Shown here: one piece after another, positions 1 through 6,091 of the stretch | How positions within the stretch are numbered: the first letter of the stretch is position 1 | How the letters are laid out: each line of letters begins with the position of its first letter | IMG/VR virus record: IMGVR_UViG_3300020403_000042 | Coordinates: 1-34,243 of that record | Length of the DNA: 34,243 nt | Strand: one strand, 5' to 3' | Source: a virus | Lineage: Duplodnaviria; Caudoviricetes | Translations under genes and position numbers: made by a program | Notes under the pieces: model-generated | Told to the model about the DNA's origin: nothing | Database searches by the model: none | What the model saw: only the letters and a program-made list of their open reading frames with translations

Positions 1-150
1 GGTAATAAATTAGAAGGAATATTTGTTGGAATTTGGGTTCCATCAATTTTAGCATTTGCTATAGCAATTAGACAACGTAGAAATGATTTTTTTAGACAAC
101 AAGCGTTTAAAAATAGAAGAAGAGGTAATTATAGAAGAAAAAGAAAATGA
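1..150 (+). CDS. 5'-truncated small membrane protein
   Basis: Frame 1 open to TGA at 148-150: GNKLEGIFVGIWVPSILAFAIAIRQRR...RRKRK. Hydrophobic helix then basic tail. ATGA overlap with the next ORF. Not in the ORF track. Confidence 0.75.
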   Translation, partial: GNKLEGIFVGIWVPSILAFAIAIRQRRNDFFRQQAFKNRRRGNYRRKRK

Positions 151-443
151 TTACAGGTAATATGTTAATTATGTTTATAATAGGATTTATTATATTCTGT
201 TTTTATATAGCAGGATTAATATATGCTATTTATTGGGGTCATAATACGCAAAGACAAGAAATGATGAATGATCCCGAACTAAGGGATTATTATAATAGAC
301 ATCACAATTATGATAGAGAACATAGTTGGAGTAAAGGTAACCCTCATAATAAAGAGGATGAATACGTAAAAAATCTATTTAGTAAAGAATCAAAATCAAC
401 TAAAAAGAAAAAACACGTAGGTAAATCAACATATTGGGATTAG
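147..443 (+). CDS. hypothetical membrane protein
   Basis: N-terminal hydrophobic helix (LIMFIIGFIIFCFYIAGLIYAIYW); coupled to the upstream ORF. Confidence 0.75.
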   Translation: MITGNMLIMFIIGFIIFCFYIAGLIYAIYWGHNTQRQEMMNDPELRDYYNRHHNYDREHSWSKGNPHNKEDEYVKNLFSKESKSTKKKKHVGKSTYWD

Positions 444-444
444 T

Positions 445-723
445 ATGAAAAGAATGGATGAAATAACTACTATTATAATACAAAACTATAAGTTAGAAGT
501 ATTAGAAAAAGCATTAAAAAAGTATAGAACAATGTTTGGTGATATGATAGTAGATCCAAGAGTAAATAATTCATTAAAAGGTTATTATCAAGATCAAATA
601 AATAAAATCGAACAAGAAATAATCGAAGTAAATGAAGTTGAAAAAGAAGTTAAAGAAAAAGGCTTAGCAGGATCAAAATTCGGAATAAAATTAATAAATA
701 AAGCTAATAATAATCCAGGATAA
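445..723 (+). CDS. hypothetical protein (coiled-coil)
   Basis: 92 aa ORF starting 1 nt after the previous stop. Confidence 0.7.
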   Translation: MKRMDEITTIIIQNYKLEVLEKALKKYRTMFGDMIVDPRVNNSLKGYYQDQINKIEQEIIEVNEVEKEVKEKGLAGSKFGIKLINKANNNPG

Positions 724-776
724 AGACTCACGAAAAGATTTTTTCGATAATTGTGTCATAAATTAATACGTATATA
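722..776 (-). repeat. copy A of a promoter-like motif + hairpin element (inverted relative to copy B at 4108-4159)
   Basis: Minus strand reads TATATACGTAT-N7-TGACACAA-ttat-CGAAAA-aat-CTTT-tcg-TGAGTCTTT. Confidence 0.6.
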
Positions 777-778
777 TT

Positions 779-1084
779 ATGCCAAAACATGAAGTTAAGT
801 TGTTTAGAACAACAAAGGAGATGGATAAGTGGATAATGGAAAGTGAATATGAAATTTCAAAACATATAGTAGACATTATTTTACAAAATATGCCTATTAA
901 AAGTAAGTTATTGTGTATGAGGTGGGTTAATCAAGAGGAGAATGTTGAGTATGATATTGAATTAGTTCCGGAAGATTTGAAATTAACACTTAGTGAGAAT
1001 TTAAGCATAATGGAAAAATATGAGGATTATGAACGTTGTAGCTTAATTAAAAAAATAATTACAGATGAGACCATTAACGGATAA
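779..1084 (+). CDS. hypothetical protein with C-terminal UVR (UvrB/UvrC)-like motif
   Basis: C-terminal MEKYEDYERCSLIKKII matches the EdYErAa.irD helical-hairpin pattern. Confidence 0.65.
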   Translation: MPKHEVKLFRTTKEMDKWIMESEYEISKHIVDIILQNMPIKSKLLCMRWVNQEENVEYDIELVPEDLKLTLSENLSIMEKYEDYERCSLIKKIITDETING

Positions 1085-1160
1085 GGACATGTATTATGCA
1101 GGTAAAGTACTTTTAGTACTAATTGCATTAATAGCATTTGCCTATTTAACTAATAATTAA
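1065..1160 (+). CDS. 31 aa single-TM peptide
   Basis: MRPLTDKDMYYAGKVLLVLIALIAFAYLTNN*. Fills the gap between neighbours; below the ORF-track cutoff. Confidence 0.5.
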   Translation: MRPLTDKDMYYAGKVLLVLIALIAFAYLTNN

Positions 1161-1167
1161 AATTAAA

Positions 1168-1377
1168 ATGAATATTAAAGACATATTTAAACTGGTAGAA
1201 AAGTACCCTAATGATATGGAACTGGGAGAACAAATTAGAGCAATATATTGGGAACAAAAGAAACTAAATCTGCCAGATAACACTGATAACGAAAAAACGA
1301 TACAGTGGACGGAAAACACAACGGTGGAAGATGATGGAGTAACTATTCACTGGGACGAACTAGACATAATGACATAA
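1168..1377 (+). CDS. phage hypothetical protein (YPNDMELG motif)
   Basis: A-rich leader; the LVEKYPNDMELGEQIR motif is recalled from small phage proteins. Confidence 0.7.
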   Translation: MNIKDIFKLVEKYPNDMELGEQIRAIYWEQKKLNLPDNTDNEKTIQWTENTTVEDDGVTIHWDELDIMT

Positions 1378-1380
1378 AAT

Positions 1381-1539
1381 ATGATGGATACAAAAATAAT
1401 AGGGTTAGCACATGGACCAATGGTTGGTATACAATACTTTGCCAAAGGTGAAGGTGATATGGGTGATGGAAATGTGGAGGACTGGAATGAATTATCAATA
1501 TATCTCTTACTAATATGCATATCAATAAGGTGGTGGTAA
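1381..1539 (+). CDS. hypothetical protein, 52 aa
   Basis: MMDTKIIGLAHGPMVGIQYFAKGEGDMGDGNVEDWNELSIYLLLICISIRWW*. Starts 3 nt after the previous stop; not in the track. Confidence 0.65.
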   Translation: MMDTKIIGLAHGPMVGIQYFAKGEGDMGDGNVEDWNELSIYLLLICISIRWW

Positions 1540-1634
1540 CACTGGTTACTAAAGTAAAACAATGGTGTAAATACTTACACTGGTTAGAAAAGAAACGCAT
1601 TGAGGCAATGATAAAAGCCGGTAGACCCTGGTAG
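1515..1634 (+). CDS. possible 39 aa basic peptide
   Basis: MHINKVVVTLVTKVKQWCKYLHWLEKKRIEAMIKAGRPW*. Start uncertain (GTG near 1530 is possible). Confidence 0.4.
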   Translation: MHINKVVVTLVTKVKQWCKYLHWLEKKRIEAMIKAGRPW

Positions 1635-1812
1635 TAAAAAGCATATATCTGCGGTGTAAACGTAGGTAAAATTGGTTACACTATATTATACAATTCAATA
1701 AAGTAATGCTCAATAACGCGATGGAACTTAATAACGCAAGTGAATGACAAACAATATAGTAAGTGGAATACATGTTAATATCCTAACCAATTTGGGTAGA
1801 ATAGTACCATTT

Positions 1813-1938
1813 TATGTGGAAAACTAACACGGGGGTATGTGGATTAGAAATAAAACGGTATGTGCACATTCATGTTTGCCCCTCCAAATTTCTTTGTGAA
1901 AAAAAAGTATATACTTTGTTCACAAAACATGTGTAAAA
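1813..1938. promoter_or_regulatory. cluster of DnaA-box-like 9-mers
   Basis: Exact TGTGNAWAA matches at 1815, 1895 and 1930; one-mismatch copies at 1838 and 1916 (opposite orientation); TATGTG at 1813/1836/1859 (23-bp period). Confidence 0.45.
1893..1926. repeat. imperfect palindrome
   Basis: TTTGTGAA-aaa-AAAGTAT|ATACTTT-g-TTCACAAA, just upstream of promoter P1. Confidence 0.6.
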
Positions 1939-1941
1939 ATA

Positions 1942-1972
1942 TTTGGCTTCCTGAGGAAGTGTTCGTATATTT
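1942..1972 (+). promoter_or_regulatory. Bacteroidetes-type early promoter P1
   Basis: TTTG-N20-TATATTT with TTCG before the -7 box; fits the Bacteroidetes TTTG-N19-21-TAnnTTTG consensus. Confidence 0.8.
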
Positions 1973-1997
1973 ACAGCATAAATAAAGTAAAAACTAC

Positions 1998-2234
1998 ATG
2001 AACAAGGAAACGAGGTATGTTGTAACGTTGAATGTTAGGGTTTATGCTGAAAACGATTACATGGCAAGAAAGCGGGCACACCAGTTGAAGGAAAAAGTAG
2101 ACGATGCCTGGAATAACGGTGAAGTTAAAATTGAGGAAATTGGATGCTCGCCATTTGCTTCTTTACAGTACAGGAAGCTTGACAATATTGAAAAACCGAC
2201 AGCGAAATTAGAAGACGCTCCGTTACCATTTTAA
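1998..2234 (+). CDS. early hypothetical protein ending in an SSB-tail-like DAPLPF
   Basis: Directly downstream of P1; A-rich leader. Confidence 0.75.
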   Translation: MNKETRYVVTLNVRVYAENDYMARKRAHQLKEKVDDAWNNGEVKIEEIGCSPFASLQYRKLDNIEKPTAKLEDAPLPF

Positions 2235-2313
2235 AATACACTCAGGGTGGTTGGTCACACGTTTCGTTTATTGTTTGTGTTTTTGTGTTTTTATTTAAGT
2301 GACTACCGTAAGA

Positions 2314-2352
2314 AGGCATTTGAGCGTCCGCTTGGATGCCTCCCCTTTTTTT
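2314..2352 (+). terminator. intrinsic terminator-like hairpin
   Basis: AGGCATTTGAGC-gtcc-GCTTGGATGCCT: 12 bp stem with three G-U pairs (works only as + strand RNA), then CCCC and a T7 tract. Confidence 0.65.
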
Positions 2353-2361
2353 ATTATATTT
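2331..2361 (+). promoter_or_regulatory. early promoter P2 (variant)
   Basis: CTTG-N20-TATATTT, overlapping the terminator's 3' arm. Confidence 0.6.
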
Positions 2362-2385
2362 AGGGGAAAATAAAATAAGTGGACT

Positions 2386-2631
2386 ATGGCTTACGATTTA
2401 AGTGAACTTAAACATGATTTAACAGTATTACTTGAAAACTGTGAACGTCTTATTGAATATGAACAAAATAACGACATAGGCGAAGAAATACGCAGCAGAG
2501 TGTATGACGCAATAAAAGACGCGCAAGATCAGGCTTTATTGTTGGATGATGAAATAAATGACGGAATATACGATAGGGACGACGAACTGTACACCCTTGA
2601 CGATGAAGGCGAAATTTACGAAGAAGATTAA
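2386..2631 (+). CDS. very acidic early protein (possible DNA mimic)
   Basis: 28 D/E versus 6 K/R in 81 aa; follows P2. Confidence 0.75.
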   Translation: MAYDLSELKHDLTVLLENCERLIEYEQNNDIGEEIRSRVYDAIKDAQDQALLLDDEINDGIYDRDDELYTLDDEGEIYEED

Positions 2632-2746
2632 TTTTTTGGTCTGATCACGGATGTTATCGGCCGTGCGCGACCGATAGCGGATTAATAGCGAGATGCTCCC
2701 ACAATAGCCGCGGTCCATCGATGGTTGGCTATCGGCGCAAAAAATT
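2630..2746. other. GC-rich structured non-coding element bracketed by 9-bp inverted A-tracts
   Basis: AATTTTTTG (2630-2638) and CAAAAAATT (2738-2746); 57 G+C in 2641-2740; multiple internal inverted repeats. Confidence 0.7.
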
Positions 2747-2808
2747 TAGGGGGATTGAGAGATAAATAACGGTTAAACACATCGAATTGTATATACAAAT
2801 ATATTATT

Positions 2809-2949
2809 ATGGGAAAGTTGGAGAAGATACAGGTGGAGATGCAAGACATTTGGGACGCTTCGCGTCCTAATATCCATAAGAATAAAAAGAAATACTCTCG
2901 AAAAGGGAAAAATAAGAAGAATTGGAAGACATTCGACGATCCCATTTAA
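2809..2949 (+). CDS. 46 aa basic peptide, ArfA-like motif
   Basis: MGKLEKIQVEMQDIWDASRPNIHKNKKKYSRKGKNKKNWKTFDDPI*. Not in the ORF track. Confidence 0.65.
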   Translation: MGKLEKIQVEMQDIWDASRPNIHKNKKKYSRKGKNKKNWKTFDDPI

Positions 2950-3042
2950 CCCTTTTTGATAATCAGTTATAGATTGCAAAATTTTCTTTTTTATAAGTTT
3001 TTTTGCATCGATAACATATATACTTATATAAAACAATTAATT

Positions 3043-3258
3043 ATGGGAATTTGGAATATAACAAAACCAGACAATACTAAAGATTACGATAAAGATCTAT
3101 ATGAGTCTACAAAACTTTACCTTGCCGAATGTAAATCCAATTTAGGACACGGACATAATTCAGGTTGGGATGATTTACATTATCAAAGTGAGATTGATAG
3201 AGTTGAGAAGTTACTTGCTTCTTGGGGAGAACAATTAGAAATTGAATTTCCCGCGTAG
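3043..3258 (+). CDS. hypothetical protein, 71 aa
   Basis: Likely true start MGIWNITKP at 3043 within track ORF 2956..3258; preceded by TACTTATA (late-promoter-like) and an A-rich leader. Confidence 0.7.
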   Translation: MGIWNITKPDNTKDYDKDLYESTKLYLAECKSNLGHGHNSGWDDLHYQSEIDRVEKLLASWGEQLEIEFPA

Positions 3259-3261
3259 ATA

Positions 3262-3292
3262 TTTGGATACCACAGATATTCTTCGTATATTC
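3262..3292 (+). promoter_or_regulatory. early promoter P3
   Basis: TTTG-N20-TATATTC with TTCG; upstream CCCGCGTAGATA shared with P4. Confidence 0.8.
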
Positions 3293-3314
3293 ACGTATTA
3301 ATCAAATTAAAGTT

Positions 3315-3491
3315 ATGTCAGAAACATTAAAAAGAGAGGACTTAATCAACGACTTGATTTTCCTCACCAAACAATTAGATGAGGTGTGGCAGTACCACCC
3401 AGATAATCCAACTAGTTTAGATCCTACTGCTCATTATAATTACATTAAGAGTAAGATTGCTTCCGTTGAGAGTGATCTAAAGAGCCTTTAA
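3315..3491 (+). CDS. hypothetical protein, 58 aa
   Basis: MSETLKREDLINDLIFLTKQLDEVWQYHPDNP...DLKSL*. Lies between P3 and P4; not in the track. Confidence 0.75.
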   Translation: MSETLKREDLINDLIFLTKQLDEVWQYHPDNPTSLDPTAHYNYIKSKIASVESDLKSL

Positions 3492-3508
3492 CTTCTCCTG
3501 CGTAGCTA

Positions 3509-3539
3509 TTTGGCTACCCTGGAGATATTTCGTATATTT
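3509..3539 (+). promoter_or_regulatory. early promoter P4
   Basis: TTTG-N20-TATATTT with TTCG; upstream CCTGCGTAGCTA. Confidence 0.8.
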
Positions 3540-3562
3540 ACCCATATTATTAATTAAAGGTT

Positions 3563-4096
3563 ATGTATTTATTTAGATTATTTATTAACAGGTTTTTAAG
3601 CCTGATTTTAGTTTTAGTATTATTATCTTCTTGTACAGCAGATTTACTAGAGGATGATGATTATTTTGTATTAGGTTATCCAGCTGTTGAGCAGAGTTAT
3701 ACCAATCACGGAGATATATTCACATTTTACTCAGTTGATGAGTCTTCTATTCAAGATGTTTATTTAGATGTCAATCAGACAGTTCCTTATTTTAAACTCT
3801 TTACAGAAGCTTCGGCAATGAAAGCAAATTATCTCTATAACGGTGAACATAACGTATGGGCCGAATATCTTTCCGATCAGCAATATGTTGAGACCGGTAG
3901 TCAATTCCGCCTATCAACCCAAGCAACAGATTATGATTTACCCGATGGAAAAATATATGGTAGGAATGTTATTGGAATTAGAGATATAGATGCTATATTG
4001 ACAAATCAAGTGATAACAATACAAGTAGAAGTATATTTTGATGGATATCATAGAGAATATGATACTATTCAAATTAGGTTGAATCCAATTAATTAG
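3563..4096 (+). CDS. lipoprotein
   Basis: Basic N-terminus, hydrophobic core, lipobox LLSS-C, then acidic TADLLEDDD. Confidence 0.75.
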   Translation: MYLFRLFINRFLSLILVLVLLSSCTADLLEDDDYFVLGYPAVEQSYTNHGDIFTFYSVDESSIQDVYLDVNQTVPYFKLFTEASAMKANYLYNGEHNVWAEYLSDQQYVETGSQFRLSTQATDYDLPDGKIYGRNVIGIRDIDAILTNQVITIQVEVYFDGYHREYDTIQIRLNPIN

Positions 4097-4107
4097 AGCT
4101 ATATTTG

Positions 4108-4159
4108 TATATATGTATAACCGTGTGACACAAAAGCCGAAAAGCCCTTTTGAGTCTTT
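4108..4159 (+). repeat. copy B of the promoter-like motif + hairpin element
   Basis: TATATATGTAT-N7-TGACACAA-aagc-CGAAAA-gcc-CTTT-TGAGTCTTT; folds GACACAAAAG/CTTTTGAGTC and is followed by a T-tract. Confidence 0.6.
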
Positions 4160-4175
4160 TTCTTAAATTTAAAAT

Positions 4176-4463
4176 ATGATTACTAAAGAAGATTTAGAAT
4201 TAATTGGAAGTGCAAGTCCAATACTAAATGATTATATTAAGGTTGTAATTAATGAAGGAGTTAATAACATGAAAGATATTATTGATTCTGGAAGTGAAGA
4301 TTATGATGCTTTTTTTAAAAAGGTTACTAAAAGTGAGGCTAAAGAGATGGTTGAGTTTTTAGATTTAACTGCTTTACCATACTATAATGAAAAAGAAGGG
4401 TATGAGTATAGTGCTAAGTGTAAAGAAATGTCCGAGTTAATTAAAAAATATAAAAAACTATAA
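4176..4463 (+). CDS. hypothetical protein with C-terminal UVR-like motif
   Basis: C-terminal YNEKEGYEYSAKCKEMSELI. Confidence 0.65.
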   Translation: MITKEDLELIGSASPILNDYIKVVINEGVNNMKDIIDSGSEDYDAFFKKVTKSEAKEMVEFLDLTALPYYNEKEGYEYSAKCKEMSELIKKYKKL

Positions 4464-4481
4464 AAGAAAAGTTGTAAAAGA

Positions 4482-4512
4482 CGTGCCTCCCAGAGGTTTT
4501 TTTCGTATATTT
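4482..4512 (+). promoter_or_regulatory. early promoter P5
   Basis: CGTG-N20-TATATTT with TTCG. Confidence 0.7.
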
Positions 4513-4863
4513 ATGATACAGGGGTTTAAAAATAAAATAAAAGAGGAATTGAGAAAAAAGGGGGTAGAGGGAAAAGAAGAAATCTACGTTTTCTATCTTG
4601 AAGATTGTGCTTATTGCGATCTACTCAAAAAATCACTCTCCAGACTAAAAGTTCCATTTAAACAAGTAAATATTGATAAACACCCTCAGCTTGGGGATCA
4701 ACTTGAAACCCGATTTGGTAGTGATGGTTATTATCCAATAATCACTTATGGTGATAAAACATTTCTCCCACACACTAATTTGGCTCCCTCAGATAGCCTT
4801 CGTATATTCCAGACTATTGATGAAGCTTTAGAAATTTTATTAAAAGAATACTATGAGATATAA
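4513..4863 (+). CDS. glutaredoxin/NrdH-like thioredoxin-fold protein
   Basis: CAYC active site, VPFKQVNID and a cis-Pro-like YYPII. Start uncertain (ATG 4513 or TTG 4549); the track start at 4483 lies inside P5. Confidence 0.8.
   Translation: MIQGFKNKIKEELRKKGVEGKEEIYVFYLEDCAYCDLLKKSLSRLKVPFKQVNIDKHPQLGDQLETRFGSDGYYPIITYGDKTFLPHTNLAPSDSLRIFQTIDEALEILLKEYYEI
4779..4809 (+). promoter_or_regulatory. early promoter P6, internal to the glutaredoxin gene
   Basis: TTTG-N20-TATATTC with TTCG. Confidence 0.7.
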
Positions 4864-5020
4864 AGATGTAGTTTTAAAATCGTTAGATAAGTTAACTAAC
4901 CAATTAAATATTGTTAGACACCAGTGTAATACAGGTGATAGAGTTAATTTTAATCACAGTCTTGAAGATGCTAAAGAACAAATTGAGCAAATCAGACATT
5001 ACGTTAATATAGAAAATTAA
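4853..5020 (+). CDS. hypothetical protein, 55 aa
   Basis: MRYKDVVLKSLDKLTNQLNIV...HYVNIEN*. TAATG overlap with the HD gene; not in the track. Confidence 0.7.
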   Translation: MRYKDVVLKSLDKLTNQLNIVRHQCNTGDRVNFNHSLEDAKEQIEQIRHYVNIEN

Positions 5021-5793
5021 TGAGTTTAACAGCAGTACAAATCCAATCAAATTGGAAAGTGTTTTTAAATAATATAGAAACACACATTTCGGATAAGAAA
5101 GATAGAAAACAAAAATTACTTAATTTCTATAAAAGATATGAGGAGAGGATAATTATGATGCCTGCTGCTCATAAAAAAGAATACCACGGAGCTTTTCCGG
5201 GTGGTTATGTTGACCATGTAAATAGAGTTGTTAGAGCAGCTATAGACATAAATGAATTATGGGGAACATTTGGAGCTGACATGACCACATATACTAAAGA
5301 AGAATTAATGTTTTCCGCTATTAACCATGATTTAGGTAAAATGGGAGATGCAGAATATGAAGCTTACATACCCCAAACTGACCAATGGAGAAAAGATAAA
5401 TTAGGTGAGGATTACATGTTTAATAAAAAATTACCATTTGCATCCGTACCAGATAGAACATTATTTTTACTTCAATCCCATGATATTTCTTATTCATTCA
5501 ATGAAATGTTAGCTATTAAAACACATGACGGGTTATATGATGTTGGTAATGAAAAATATTTAAAAGGATTTATGCCTGAACAAAGACCTAGAACTTCATT
5601 GCCTTTTATTTTACATCAAGCTGATATGTTAGCTGCTAGAGTAGAATGGGAAGCAGAATGGTTACCAAAATTTAAAGGTGAGTCTACACAACCTAAAAAA
5701 GTAGAGAAAAAAACTAAACAAGGTAGAGTTAATGTTGCTTTAGAACAGGCAGGTAAAAACTCTGATTTATTAGACCTAGTTAAAAATATTTAA
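5020..5793 (+). CDS. HD-domain metal-dependent phosphohydrolase (YhaM-like HD domain)
   Basis: YHGAFPGGYVDHV, INHDLGK, THDG and LHQADMLAA motifs. Confidence 0.88.
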   Translation: MSLTAVQIQSNWKVFLNNIETHISDKKDRKQKLLNFYKRYEERIIMMPAAHKKEYHGAFPGGYVDHVNRVVRAAIDINELWGTFGADMTTYTKEELMFSAINHDLGKMGDAEYEAYIPQTDQWRKDKLGEDYMFNKKLPFASVPDRTLFLLQSHDISYSFNEMLAIKTHDGLYDVGNEKYLKGFMPEQRPRTSLPFILHQADMLAARVEWEAEWLPKFKGESTQPKKVEKKTKQGRVNVALEQAGKNSDLLDLVKNI

Positions 5794-5794
5794 T

Positions 5795-6085
5795 ATGATA
5801 GAAATAAGTACAACTTTATTGATTGTATTAATTAATGTGTGTATCGTTATCTTAGGAACCGGTATTTATATTATTGTAAATTTACTTAAGAAAAATGAAA
5901 AACTAGAGGATATAGCAGTTCAACAGAACCAATACATCAATAGTATTTCAACCATTATCAAGGAATCAGATAAAAAACTTAGAGAAATAGATTCCAAAGG
6001 AGTATTTCAATCAGATGATGAAATAGGATGGTTTTTTAATGGAGTAAAAGAAATCCAAGATTTAATTAACGAATATAAAATTTAA
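5795..6085 (+). CDS. membrane-anchored coiled-coil protein
   Basis: N-terminal TM helix, coiled coil, GVFQSDDEIGWFF. Confidence 0.7.
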   Translation: MIEISTTLLIVLINVCIVILGTGIYIIVNLLKKNEKLEDIAVQQNQYINSISTIIKESDKKLREIDSKGVFQSDDEIGWFFNGVKEIQDLINEYKI

Positions 6086-6091
6086 AAAATT

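Noticed and set aside
2639-2737. tRNA in the GC-rich island
   Set aside because: No T-loop GTTCRA, D-loop pattern or cloverleaf with an acceptor stem.
2956-3042. N-terminal extension of track ORF 2956..3258
   Set aside because: Runs through AT-rich intergenic, promoter-like sequence; ATG 3043 has the typical A-rich leader.
4483-4512. Track start of the glutaredoxin ORF
   Set aside because: Coincides exactly with promoter P5, so it is unlikely to be translated.
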